From: an uncultured delta proteobacterium
GTDB taxonomy: Bacteria; Myxococcota_A; Polyangia; Polyangiales; Polyangiaceae
Direction: 5' to 3'
Length of the DNA stretch: 64,000 bases
NCBI GenBank assembly: GCA_963806225.1
Contig: CAWDXG010000004.1
Span: 4,416,001 to 4,480,000, forward strand
The notes below the pieces were generated by a model. The model had not been told where the DNA came from. It did not search any database and worked only from the letters and a program-made list of their open reading frames with translations. The position numbers were made by a program, and so were the translations under genes. Positions 27,431 through 36,414 of the stretch are shown here, piece after piece (the stretch's first letter is position 1; the number at the start of each line of letters is the position of its first letter).

Positions 27431-28411
27431 ATGACCGCCTCGCGCGAGCGTTGGCTCGGGGAGGTGTTCGACTGGGCGTGCGGGGAGCTGGCTGCTCGTG
27501 CAGACGCTTCGGTGAGCGGAAAGGAGGTGGTGCGCGAACGACCGTGGTCGATCGTGGAGCGCTTCGACACCGATCGAGGCGCGTTCTATTTCAAGGCGTG
27601 CGCGTCCGGCGGCGCTCACGAGTCGGCGCTGCTCGAGTACCTATCCGGGAGGTGGCCCAGGGTCGTCATCACGCCCATTGCGGCCAAGCCGGATTTCGGC
27701 TGGACGTTGATGCGCGATGCCGGTCTGCCCTCACGTCGGTCGGGCAGGGACCCCGCCGCCCTGTGGCCGGTGCTACTGCCGGCGTATGCCACCATCCAGG
27801 TCGCTTCCGCAGACGATGTCGAGCTGCTGCTCGCCGCCGGCGTGCCCGATCGGCGCCTGCAGCGACTGCCGGCGCTATTGCGCGATCTGCTCGCGCGACA
27901 AGACGCGATCCGCCTCGACTTGCCCGACGGCCTTGCCTCGTCGGAACGCGACGGGCTGCTCGAGGCCGTCCCCCTACTGGAGGCGGAGTGCGCTCGGCTG
28001 ACTGCGGTCGGCATTCCCGAAGGCATCGATCACGGCGACCTTCACGACGGCAACGTGCTGGTCGACGACGACCGGGTCTGGCTGGTGGACTGGGCCGACT
28101 CGTCGCTGACGCATCCGTTCTGCTCGCTGCTGGTCACGCTTCACGTCATGCAGGGTGATGACTTCGATCCCGGATCCAGCGCTGCGCTCGCGCTGCGCGA
28201 CGCGTACCTCCCCGTGTGGGAACAGTTCGCTCCGCGTCCGGTGCTCGAGGAAGCGTTCCGTGCCTCTATGCGGATCGGCCACGTGATTCGCGCCCTGGAC
28301 TGGGATCGCATGCTGGCTGGGGCCCCAGATGACGTTCGCGCCAGCTTCCAGCCCCGCATCGCCCGCTGGCTGCGTCGCTGGTACGACCGCCGCGAAGGTT
28401 CGGTCAGCTAG
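27431..28411 (+). CDS. APH/choline-kinase-like phosphotransferase (antisense cassette)
   Basis: FYFKA, HGDLHDGN, VDWAD, HPF motifs; stop 8 nt from the attC core. Confidence 0.88.
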   Translation: MTASRERWLGEVFDWACGELAARADASVSGKEVVRERPWSIVERFDTDRGAFYFKACASGGAHESALLEYLSGRWPRVVITPIAAKPDFGWTLMRDAGLPSRRSGRDPAALWPVLLPAYATIQVASADDVELLLAAGVPDRRLQRLPALLRDLLARQDAIRLDLPDGLASSERDGLLEAVPLLEAECARLTAVGIPEGIDHGDLHDGNVLVDDDRVWLVDWADSSLTHPFCSLLVTLHVMQGDDFDPGSSAALALRDAYLPVWEQFAPRPVLEEAFRASMRIGHVIRALDWDRMLAGAPDDVRASFQPRIARWLRRWYDRREGSVS

Positions 28412-28419
28412 GGCGGTCA

Positions 28420-28571
28420 GCCCAACGGACCGCTGCTAAGCAGCGGCCGCAACAGAATACCACGGGGCAACAGGTGGCGATGACCGCGCCCGTGGTAGTC
28501 CACCACGGGCGCACGGAAGGACCCTGCAGTCAGGACGACGCGCGACCGGCTGATTCAGCAGTTTGTTGGGC
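28420..28571 (-). repeat. attC site (152 bp)
   Basis: Minus strand GCCCAAC-AAACTG-CTGAATCAGCCGGTCGC...GCGGCCGCTGCTTAGCAGC-GGTCC-GTTGGGC. Confidence 0.9.
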
Positions 28572-28584
28572 GGCTTGGGCTCGG

Positions 28585-28798
28585 TCAGGCCGGCACGTCC
28601 ACGTACGCCGACGAGGCGTGAGGCTCGGGCACCGGCAACCCTTCCGCGCGCAGTCCATCGATGTGGAACGCGATCGCTTCCGCGATCTCGTGCTCGAACG
28701 TCCTCCCGCGTGGCTCCGGTGGCAACGCACCCGGGAAGGTCCGGCGAAAACGCCGAGAAGCCCGTGGCAGTCGCTTCGACGATGACGAGGTACCTCAT
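28585..28798 (-). CDS. hicB: HicB-family antitoxin; +1 frameshift near 28697
   Basis: MRYLVIVE...FSPDLPGCVATGATRED then, one base over, EHEIAEAIAFHIDGLRAEGLPVPEP. Confidence 0.85.
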
Positions 28799-28983
28799 GG
28801 TTTCAACCCTGCCTGTTTTAGCACGCTGTTCAGGGTGCCGGGAGCCAGCTCGTCGCTGGGCTTTCCCGCTATCGTGACGAGCCCTGGTTTTGTCGCGTGC
28901 TTGAACTGCCGATGCGATCCGCGCTGGCGGACCTGCGTCCAGCCGTCGGCCTCGATCTGCCGGATGACCTCACGGACTTTCAC
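28795..28983 (-). CDS. hicA: HicA-family toxin
   Basis: MKVREVIRQIEADGW..VRQRGSHRQFKH..KPG.VTI...LAPGTLNSVLKQAGL. Confidence 0.93.
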   Translation of the reverse strand: MKVREVIRQIEADGWTQVRQRGSHRQFKHATKPGLVTIAGKPSDELAPGTLNSVLKQAGLKP

Positions 28984-29076
28984 GAAGGCGACACTACGAT
29001 CGCCCGCCTCGCGATGCGACGGGTTCCTGCGGCGAATCGGCCCATGGCAGGACGAGCAAGATCATGGCGATGCAAG

Positions 29077-29313
29077 TCACTTGGAACCCACGGTTGCCTG
29101 AATGCGTTCGGCCGCCTCCCGGCATTCGCGCAGAGCTCGGTCAGGGTCGTCACTGGAAACCTCCACCACACGGCTCCACCTGTCGACGCCAGTGGCCCTG
29201 TATCCCCCCGGCGACGTTTCCTGGACCCGGAAGAACCAACCAGGCACCAGGTCATCTATCGGAAACTCCAGTCGGAGCTCACTGTCGGATCTCGCGGCGA
29301 CTGGTTTGCGCAT
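29077..29313 (-). CDS. Hypothetical cassette protein (78 aa)
   Basis: ATG 10 nt after the GTTGGGC core site, which is typical cassette geometry. Confidence 0.65.
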   Translation of the reverse strand: MRKPVAARSDSELRLEFPIDDLVPGWFFRVQETSPGGYRATGVDRWSRVVEVSSDDPDRALRECREAAERIQATVGSK

Positions 29314-29323
29314 GAGGACGTCC

Positions 29324-29390
29324 GCCCAACGAATCGAAATCCAGCTGCGAAGGCGCAGCAGTACCTCTGCGCAGGCTACCACTTCAGCAG
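29324..29390 (-). repeat. Half attC (L'/R' arm only), homologous to the R' arm of 26686-26831
   Basis: Minus strand CGCCTTCGCAGCTGGATTTCGATTCGTTGGGC; no matching R''/L'' arm. Confidence 0.85.
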
Positions 29391-29429
29391 GGCGCCGCGT
29401 GGCCCGCGCGGGACGGATGAACCTGGCAG

Positions 29430-29519
29430 CTGGGAGCCAGTCTGGCGGACGACGCGCCAGCCGATCCTTTCGAGCGCTGCCAGGTCAGGGGAAGCTTTGG
29501 CGGACCCCCAGCTCGGCAC
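29430..29519 (-). pseudogene. hicA: Truncated HicA toxin
   Basis: GTG-start frame MPSWGSAKASPDLAALERIGWRVVRQTGSQ; similarity ends at the position of the GSH histidine. Confidence 0.7.
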
Positions 29520-29522
29520 GGG

Positions 29523-29729
29523 CTAGGCGGCGAAGGAAACGCTGGTGAGCGACGATGCCTCGAGCTCGCCCGATTCGATCTGATCAGCGAGGACGCGGAA
29601 CGCGAGCGCGCGGGCGAGCTGGGCAGCCTTGTCCTGCGTGTCGGCATACACCATCACGCCCGGCAACTCGGGAACTTCTGCGATCCAGCGACCGTCCACC
29701 TCCTGCTCGAATTCGATAGTCAGCGTCAT
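29523..29729 (-). CDS. hicB: HicB-family antitoxin
   Basis: IEFEQEVDGRWIAEVPELPGVMVY...ALAFRVLADQIE.GE. Confidence 0.9.
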   Translation of the reverse strand: MTLTIEFEQEVDGRWIAEVPELPGVMVYADTQDKAAQLARALAFRVLADQIESGELEASSLTSVSFAA

Positions 29730-29862
29730 CGGTACGCACAGATTCTGCCACGCGCGCCCCAGTGCGCCAGCTGCCAGGCAAGTCCCGTTCGGCAGCCGCG
29801 GGTCCGCGGCCGCATGGGGACGCCCCGGTCCGCCTCCGGGCGTAGGTTGGGCGGCTCACGTC

Positions 29863-30267
29863 TCAGAAGGAGTTCGTGTCCCACGTGATGCTCGATGGGC
29901 GCTCACCGGTCTCGAAGAGTTCGCGGACGGCCTCAAGCGCTTGCGAAGTCGGGATGCGGTAGTAGTCGGGCAGTTCCGTGTGATGCTTGCCTAGTAGGAA
30001 GTACGCCGTGAGACCTGATCGGTTCGAATCACCAACGCTGATCCACTCGTCCCAGCAGCCGTCGTTGGATTCGCGAAGGCGCTGTACAAGGAGAACAGAC
30101 TCAGCGCCGCCTAGCGCCAGGTACACGTGAAACCCGTGAACGTCGTCGATCTCGACCATGCGTGGCGGTCCGGCGTGGCCGTTGAGTTCCCGAAGGCGGA
30201 GGCATAGGTCATCGGCAGAGGAAAGATCCTCGTCTGTTCCAGACTCTGACCAACGCAATTGGGCCAC
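29863..30267 (-). CDS. Imm1-like immunity protein (cassette)
   Basis: C-terminal ALEAVRELFETGERPSSITW pattern; follows GTTAGGC and is followed by GCCCAAC (29852-29846). Confidence 0.65.
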   Translation of the reverse strand: MAQLRWSESGTDEDLSSADDLCLRLRELNGHAGPPRMVEIDDVHGFHVYLALGGAESVLLVQRLRESNDGCWDEWISVGDSNRSGLTAYFLLGKHHTELPDYYRIPTSQALEAVRELFETGERPSSITWDTNSF

Positions 30268-30279
30268 ACCAACGGGTCC

Positions 30280-30400
30280 GCCTAACGGACCGCCGATAAC
30301 CTGCGGCGGCCGTGGAAGAGATCATACCGCGCCTTGCCCTACGGAACACCTCGAAGACCGCGTCGCCCCCGCCGCCGTCGGGTTCATTGGCCTGTTGGGC
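30280..30400 (-). repeat. attC site (121 bp)
   Basis: Minus strand GCCCAAC-AGGCCA-ATGAACCCGACGGCGG...CCGCCGCAGGTTATCGGC-GGTCC-GTTAGGC. Confidence 0.92.
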
Positions 30401-30417
30401 AGCGCCGCCCCAGGTCG

Positions 30418-30738
30418 CTACGTCTCGAGATCGATCAGCATTTCGAGCGGAATGCCCTTTTCGGTGTGCTGGCGCATGAAGGCGTAGTGGTACGCATCAA
30501 TGGGGTGCTTCGACGCCGCCCCGACCTTGTCGCTGTGCGCGAGGTCCGGGCCGCGCAAGTAGTAGATCAAGAAGTCGCCGTCTGGTGCGGATTCCAGGAA
30601 GACGGACTCCACGCGAACCGACTCATCGCGAAGAGTCTCCAGGGCCTCCTCGCGACGGCCATTGATCGTGCGGGCCCATTCTCGAACGGCTTCAAGACTG
30701 CCGTTCTTGATCTTCACGCGAGCGCATCTGGTTTCCAT
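30418..30738 (-). CDS. First cassette: DUF6176-like protein
   Basis: [32 protein letters not shown] 4 nt after GTTGGGC. Confidence 0.7.
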   Translation of the reverse strand: METRCARVKIKNGSLEAVREWARTINGRREEALETLRDESVRVESVFLESAPDGDFLIYYLRGPDLAHSDKVGAASKHPIDAYHYAFMRQHTEKGIPLEMLIDLET

Positions 30739-30742
30739 GTCT

Positions 30743-30800
30743 GCCCAACTACTATTCGACGTTCACAATAGCGCGTTCCGCGCGGCCCTGCATAGAGGCG
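30743..30800 (-). other. Candidate attI site
   Basis: Minus strand TATTGTGAACGTCGAATAGTA-GTTGGGC with no attC-like dyad, between the intI 3' end and the first cassette. Confidence 0.65.
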
Positions 30801-30877
30801 GTCTTGGTGCCGTTTCCGCTGGGAGTTGATCGTGGGGAGGGTGTTGGGCGGTTCTGTGTAGCGCTGTAAACGGTGCG

Positions 30878-31676
30878 TTAGAGGGGAAGCTGGTCGAGGG
30901 GGCTGTTGACGCCGAGGGCGCCACGGCGGAGGACGTGGGTGTAGATCATGGTGGTGCTGACGTCGGTGTGGCCGAGGAGTTTCTGGATGGTGCGGATGTC
31001 GTAGCCGCTTTCCAGCAGGTGGGTGGCAAAGGAGTGGCGGAGGGTGTGGCAGGAGACGCGCTTGGAGAGGCCGGCGGCGAGGGCGGCGCTCTTGACGGCG
31101 CGTTGGAGGCCGCTCTGGTGGTAGTGATGGCGGCGACGTTCGCCGGTTTCGGCGTCGGTGTAGTGGCGGGTGGCGGGGAAGAGCCACTGCCAGGACCACT
31201 CGCGGGATGCTCCGGGGAGCTTCAAGCGCAGTGCGGAGGGGAGCTCGACGAAGCCGGCGCAGGCGCGCGCATTCGAGCAGGCGCAGGCCCGAGCCATAGA
31301 GCAGCGCCGCCATCAGGCGTGGCGTTCCCTCCATCCGTGCGAGCAGCGCGGCGACCTCGGTGCGCGACATGACGACCGGCAGTCTTTTCGGGCGCTTGGC
31401 GCGAACGACCGCATCGAATTCGAGCGGCTGGCCCAGCACGATGTTGTACAGGAACAGCAATGCGCATTGGGCCTGGTTCTGCGTCGATGCGGCGACGTGC
31501 TGCTCGCTGGCGAGCCACCCGAGGAAGGCGTTGACGTGCTCGGCGCCGAGCTCGGCGGGGTGGCGCATGCCGTGATAGGCGAAGTAGCGCTTCATCCAGG
31601 CGAGGTAGGCCTGCTCCGTCCGGGGGCTGTAGTGCCGCACGCGCAGGGCGTGGCGGACCTCGTCTAGAAGACGCAC
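30878..31676 (-). pseudogene. intI: Integron integrase with internal deletion and frameshift at ~31257-31260
   Basis: [31 protein letters not shown], integron-specific LP.AL..K.P...[27 protein letters not shown]. The VKD..GKG..R segment is missing. Confidence 0.92.
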
Positions 31677-31688
31677 AGGCGCCGCGGG

Positions 31689-31704
31689 CGCGAACCGCGT
31701 GCCA
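31689..31704 (-). promoter_or_regulatory. Sigma54-like -24/-12 motif upstream of intI
   Basis: TGGCACGCGGTTCGCG (GG-N10-GC), 12 nt before the GTG at 31676. Confidence 0.5.
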
Positions 31705-31831
31705 GCCGTGCGGGCCGCGGTGGGCGCGCATTTTCCACGCCGGACAGGCATCCAACCGACCGGAGGCGTGGCGATCGCCACCCTTCGCCGGTGGCCGCCA
31801 GTCTGCGGTGACATGCCGCAAGGTCGCGCGG

Positions 31832-32545
31832 CTACCGCCCGGCGCCCATCACGGCCAGGGCCACGCACGCGACGAGGGTCACGTGTTCGACGACGCCGGA
31901 CGGGAGGCGTTCGCGCAGGGCGAGGCGCCTGCCGAGAAGGTTCCCGATGGGGATGGCGAGGGCGAGCAGGGCGGCGCGGACGAGCGCGGTGTGGTCGAGC
32001 AGGCCGCCGGCGCCGTAGCCGACGATGCGCCCCAGATGCAGCGCCGTGGCCGACGCCGCAATGGTCGCGACGTAGGCGTCGCCGGCGAGGCCCGCCGACA
32101 GGAACAGCGGCGCGACGAGCACGCCCGCGCCGCCGGAGGCCGCGGTCAGTGCGCCAGTGACGAGGCCGGCCGGCGTCATGGCGCGCGGTGTGACGCGCCA
32201 GTTCCAGCGCAAGAGCGCGCGCGCCACGGCGAGCATGGCGGACAGCAGGATCAGGATGCCCAGCACGCGCGGCGGGATCGCGACGGCGAGCAGCCCGCCG
32301 AGCGCCGCGCCCGGCACGGCGCCCGCAGCGAACCGGAGTGCGATGCGCCGGTCGAGCGCGCGGCGGTAGAGGTAGAAGCGGTGCAGGTTGCCGAGCAAGA
32401 GCGCGGGCGCCGTGCACGCGAGCGCGGCGCGCGGGCCGAACGTGAGCGACAGGGCCACGAGCAGCAGCATGCCGCCGCCCAGGCCCGCCGTGGTGGTGAC
32501 CAGGCCGGCCCCGGCACCGAGCAGGAGGAGCGTCGCGCTGTGCAT
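31832..32545 (-). CDS. TSUP (TauE/SafE) family transporter
   Basis: AGLGGGMLL start, repeated Gly-rich TM halves ([12 protein letters not shown]). Confidence 0.8.
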   Translation of the reverse strand: MHSATLLLLGAGAGLVTTTAGLGGGMLLLVALSLTFGPRAALACTAPALLLGNLHRFYLYRRALDRRIALRFAAGAVPGAALGGLLAVAIPPRVLGILILLSAMLAVARALLRWNWRVTPRAMTPAGLVTGALTAASGGAGVLVAPLFLSAGLAGDAYVATIAASATALHLGRIVGYGAGGLLDHTALVRAALLALAIPIGNLLGRRLALRERLPSGVVEHVTLVACVALAVMGAGR

Positions 32546-32613
32546 GCAGATCGATCTGCGCCTCCCCGGGCGATTGGTCCAATCAATTGTTTATCGTGTT
32601 ACCATCAGCATCG

Positions 32614-33478
32614 GTGATAGATGATCTGCGCTATCTGATCCTGATCGCCGAGCACGGCACCTTCACCAGCGCGGCGCGCCACGCGCACCTGTCGCAACCG
32701 GCGCTCACGGCCGCCATGCACCGGCTCGAGGACGTCGTTCGGGGCGGAGCTGTTGCACAGGAGCCGCCGCGGTGCGGTGCTCACGGCGGCGGGCGAGGCG
32801 CTGTTGCCGCGAGCGCGCGCGGCCATCGCCGCCTTGGAGGACGGGCGCCGCGCGGTGCGCGAGATCGCGGGGCTGGCGGCGGGCGAGGTGCACATCGGTG
32901 CGAGCGCGACGGCGGCGACGTACCTCTTGCCGCCGGAGCTGGCGCAGTTCCGCAAGCGTCACCCGGGCGTGCGCATCGTGCTGCGCGAGATGGTTCCGGA
33001 CGTTGTCGACGACATGGTGGAGAGCGGCGACATCGATCTCGGTGTCGTGACGGGGCCGGGGGGCGAGCTGTGGCGGCGCGACGAGTTCATTCTCGTCGGC
33101 GCGCGCGGCGCGTCGCTCGACGGCCCGTTCGTGACGTTCGTGCCGGGCGGCAGCACGCGCGCGGCACTCGATCGCTGGTTTCCCGACGCGGAGATCGTGA
33201 TGGAGCTCGGAAGCATCGCCGCGGTGAAGGGCCACGTACGCGAGCGCATCGGCATCGCGCTCATCAGCCGCGCCGCCGTCGCGCGCGATCTGGCCGCCGG
33301 GCGCCTGGTCGAGCTCCGGCACCCGCTTGTGCCGATCCCGCGCGAGATCGTGCTCGAGCACCGCGGCGTCGATCGCCTGCCGCCCGCGGCCGCGGCGTTG
33401 CGCGAGCTCTTGATGGCGTCGGCGGATCGGGCGCCGCGCGGGGCAGCGTCGCGTCGGAAACAGCGCAAAAAACGCTAG
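32614..33478 (+). CDS. LysR-family regulator; frameshift near 32736
   Basis: HGTFTSAARHAHLSQPALT HTH, then LTAAGE, HPGVRI, IGIALIS in the next frame; divergent from the TSUP gene. Confidence 0.88.
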
Positions 33479-33485
33479 GGCACGA

Positions 33486-34115
33486 TCAGAACAGTGCGTG
33501 CAGCAGTGTGAACGCGAAGAAGAGCAGGGCGAGGAAGATGCCGATAGTCACGAAGACAATGTTTGCGGTCATCACACCGGGGCTGAGGCCGGGCAGCGCT
33601 CCCGCAGCACGTGCCGTGCCGCCGCGCTGCACCGTCCAGATCTGCTGGACCAGATTCTGCACCTTGGGAATGTAGTCCTTGCCGGTGAGATACGTGGTCC
33701 GCCAGCTGAACGAGCCCTGCCCGTCCTTGGGCTGGATTCCTTCGAGTACGGCGTACTGCGGGCCGATCTCGATGACGCAGACGGGGCCGGTGGTCCGGAT
33801 GGAAACGCTTTGCTGCGCCCCGGGCGTGCCGCCGAGGATAACGCCGAGGATCCTGTTGTCGATGGGCTGCACCCGCACCTGGTCCCACGGTTCGATCTCG
33901 AGCAGCACGCGCGGCGTGCCGTTCAGCGAGTTGGTGAACAACAGCACGTTGTATTCGCAAAGGTAGAGCCACGCGCGCGCGGAGCTGCGCGTGTACTTGT
34001 CGTAGAACGTAGCGAACACCTGGCGCACCAGCCGCCCGCGGAAGAACCGCTTTGCCAGCCGCTCTCCCTGCACGCCGCAGCCCAGATATCCAACGCCCTG
34101 TGCCAGCAGCCGCAT
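33486..34115 (-). CDS. Hypothetical protein with C-terminal TM anchor
   Basis: 209-aa ORF with plausible composition and a hydrophobic tail. Confidence 0.6.
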   Translation of the reverse strand: MRLLAQGVGYLGCGVQGERLAKRFFRGRLVRQVFATFYDKYTRSSARAWLYLCEYNVLLFTNSLNGTPRVLLEIEPWDQVRVQPIDNRILGVILGGTPGAQQSVSIRTTGPVCVIEIGPQYAVLEGIQPKDGQGSFSWRTTYLTGKDYIPKVQNLVQQIWTVQRGGTARAAGALPGLSPGVMTANIVFVTIGIFLALLFFAFTLLHALF

Positions 34116-34187
34116 GGCCCTCGAACAAGCCTACACGCTATGACGCCTCTGCCAAGCCGGGACCATGACCGGTGCGTGGCCGCGGAA

Positions 34188-35090
34188 TCACCGCGGATAG
34201 CACGTCGGGTCGAGCAGCTCCGGGCGGTACTCGAAGTGCATGGTGTCGAAGTGGTACCAGCGGCCGCCCCAGATGAAGCCTTCCGCTTCGAACGCATCGA
34301 CGATCGCCTGCGGGTAGCGGTTCTTCCAGTTGAAGTGGCCGTCGGGGTTGGTGGTCTGGTAGCGCCAGTAGTCGGCGCGCTTCGTGCCGAGATCGAGGGC
34401 GATGCCCCAGCTGTGCGAGCTACGGAAGTGGGTGCCGGCGATGTGGCGCCAGTTGAATGAGCCGCCCGTTGACCGGAAGAAGCGGACCAGCTTCGGGTCC
34501 TTCTTGATGGCAGCCTGGATGCGCACCGCCACGCGGCGCAACGGTTCGGCGACCCTCTGATGCACGAGGAACACCGTGCCGCCGATGTGCACCCGGACCA
34601 GCGCGGCGCGCACCTCCTTCTTCGTGCTGCCGTACGTCGCGTCGAGCAGGGGATCGAGGCGCATGGCCCCGGGCTCGAAGTCGACCGGCGGGGCATGGAT
34701 GGGCCCTGTCGGATAGCGCTGCTCGTAGAGATCCGTGACGTTGGGCCAGTAGTAGCCGTTGCCGATCGGGATGCGGCGGCCGGCGTAGGGGATCTCCGTG
34801 CCGTCGGGCAGCACGAGGAACCATTTGCCGCCCTCGTGGCGAGCGGTCGCCTTGTAGTAGCGGACGATGCAGGCGAGTGGCGGCGGCACGGCCGGTGCCG
34901 GTGCGGGCGCGGCGTGCTCCGGCGCGGGATCCGCGGGCGCGGCGTCGTCCGCATGCTGCGCGGGCGGATCCGCAACGCGCGGCACCGGCGGCGGCGGCGA
35001 AGCGACGGCCACCACGCGCGACGCAGGCTCCGACGCGCACGCCAACATGGCCCCGGCCATGACCACTGCAAGGAACGCGCGTCGGGGCAT
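34188..35090 (-). CDS. M15-family (D,D-carboxypeptidase-like) Zn peptidase lipoprotein
   Basis: Lipobox MLAC; FNWR, SSHSWGIALD, FIWGGRWYHFDTMHFEYRPE. Confidence 0.9.
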   Translation of the reverse strand: MPRRAFLAVVMAGAMLACASEPASRVVAVASPPPPVPRVADPPAQHADDAAPADPAPEHAAPAPAPAVPPPLACIVRYYKATARHEGGKWFLVLPDGTEIPYAGRRIPIGNGYYWPNVTDLYEQRYPTGPIHAPPVDFEPGAMRLDPLLDATYGSTKKEVRAALVRVHIGGTVFLVHQRVAEPLRRVAVRIQAAIKKDPKLVRFFRSTGGSFNWRHIAGTHFRSSHSWGIALDLGTKRADYWRYQTTNPDGHFNWKNRYPQAIVDAFEAEGFIWGGRWYHFDTMHFEYRPELLDPTCYPR

Positions 35091-35157
35091 ACGGGGATCT
35101 ACGTGCGCCATGCCCGCGACGTTCCCTCGCTGGACGGAAGCGCGGGTGCCGACCTCG

Positions 35158-36414
35158 CTACCCGCCCGTCTGTGCTCCGCGCTCTGCCCGTCGCGTGACG
35201 CGTACCAGCGCGTCGGCCGGCAGCGGTGCGCCGGGATCCGGTGCGTCGAGCGGTTCTTCCACGAGGTCGAAGCGGCCGTTGTCGAAGGGGTCGCCGCGCG
35301 CGGGATCGCGGGGAACGAGGCGTTCGCGCAGACCGCGTGCGGCCAGGGTGCGCGCGCGGTAGTGGCAGTAGGGATTGTTGCCCGGGCGGCCCATCAGCGC
35401 GTGGGCGGTGAAAGTGCAGCCGCCGCGGCAGGGCTCGGCGAACGCGCAGCTCCGGCAGAAGCCCCACAGATCGTCCGCGCTGCGCTCCCGCGCGAACGCG
35501 AGGCGCGGCGCGTCCCGCCACAGCTCGGCGAGCGGACGCTCGGTCAGGTTGCCGCCGACGTAGTACGCGCTCTGCAGCGACGGGCAGCCCTTCACGTCAC
35601 CCGAGGACTCGATGCCGAGCACGAAGCGCCCTGCCTGGCAGCCCGCGAAGTGATCCGTTCCGCCGCGCTCCGCCGAGCGCAGCAGCGCTTCCTCCGGCCC
35701 GAAGTAGCCGAGGTTGTTGCCGGGCATGAGCGTGATGCCGTCCCCGAAGGCGAGCTCCTTGAGCTCCGCGATGCGGGGCACGAGATCCAGCAGGTCCCAC
35801 GGCTGCAACAGCAGATCGGTGCGATCCGCCGCGCGCCCGAGTGGCGCGGTGAGCTGGATCTGCCAGGCCGAGATACCGACGGCGCGGAGCCGCGCGTACA
35901 AGGGCTCCAGGTCGCCCCGGTTGAGGCGGTTCAGGTTGATGTTCGAGCCGATGCGCACGCCCGCGTCGCGCAGCGACCGCAGCGCCGCCATGGCCGAGCG
36001 GTAGCTGCCGCTCGCGTTGCGCAGGCGATCGTGCGCCGCCTCCAGACCGTCGATGCTCACCGACGCGGCGTCGAGCCCCGCGTCGGCCATCTGCCGTGCG
36101 AGCTCCGGAGTGACGCCGCGCCCGCCCGTGGTGAGCTGGACCGCGATGCCGCGATCGCGAAGCGCGCGGATCACGTCGAGGAACGCGGGGTGCAGGTACG
36201 CTTCGCCGCCGATCAGCACCACCTCGCGCGTGCCGAGCGCCGCGAGCTGTCCGACGACGTCGAGTGCGGCGGCGTGATCCAGCTCGCTGTCGCGCCCGAC
36301 CCCAGCGCGTGATCCGCAATGGTGGCAGGCGTGGTCGCAGGCGAGCGTGAGCTCCCAGACCACGTAGGCGGGATGCAGCGGTTCGCCGACAACGTCGAGC
36401 CGCCGGTGGCTCAC
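35158..36414 (-). CDS. Radical SAM/SPASM protein (splicease-like clade)
   Basis: VVWELTLACDHACHHCGSRAG (CxxxCxxC), IGGE, SIDG, SPASM CQAG...KGCPSL...CRSC.....CRGGC...NNPYC; GTGA overlap with the upstream small gene. Confidence 0.9.
   Translation of the reverse strand: MSHRRLDVVGEPLHPAYVVWELTLACDHACHHCGSRAGVGRDSELDHAAALDVVGQLAALGTREVVLIGGEAYLHPAFLDVIRALRDRGIAVQLTTGGRGVTPELARQMADAGLDAASVSIDGLEAAHDRLRNASGSYRSAMAALRSLRDAGVRIGSNINLNRLNRGDLEPLYARLRAVGISAWQIQLTAPLGRAADRTDLLLQPWDLLDLVPRIAELKELAFGDGITLMPGNNLGYFGPEEALLRSAERGGTDHFAGCQAGRFVLGIESSGDVKGCPSLQSAYYVGGNLTERPLAELWRDAPRLAFARERSADDLWGFCRSCAFAEPCRGGCTFTAHALMGRPGNNPYCHYRARTLAARGLRERLVPRDPARGDPFDNGRFDLVEEPLDAPDPGAPLPADALVRVTRRAERGAQTGG

Noticed and set aside
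27431..28411. Aminoglycoside resistance gene
   Set aside because: Only fold-level APH/choline-kinase motifs are visible; the substrate cannot be inferred.
30743..30849. GCCCAAC...GTTGGGC pair after intI as an attC
   Set aside because: No complementary L''/L' arms; better read as the attI region.
30714..32582. 622-aa ORF as a giant integrase fusion
   Set aside because: Only 31676-31260 is integrase-like. The rest is off-frame read-through of the TSUP gene and the intI 3' half.
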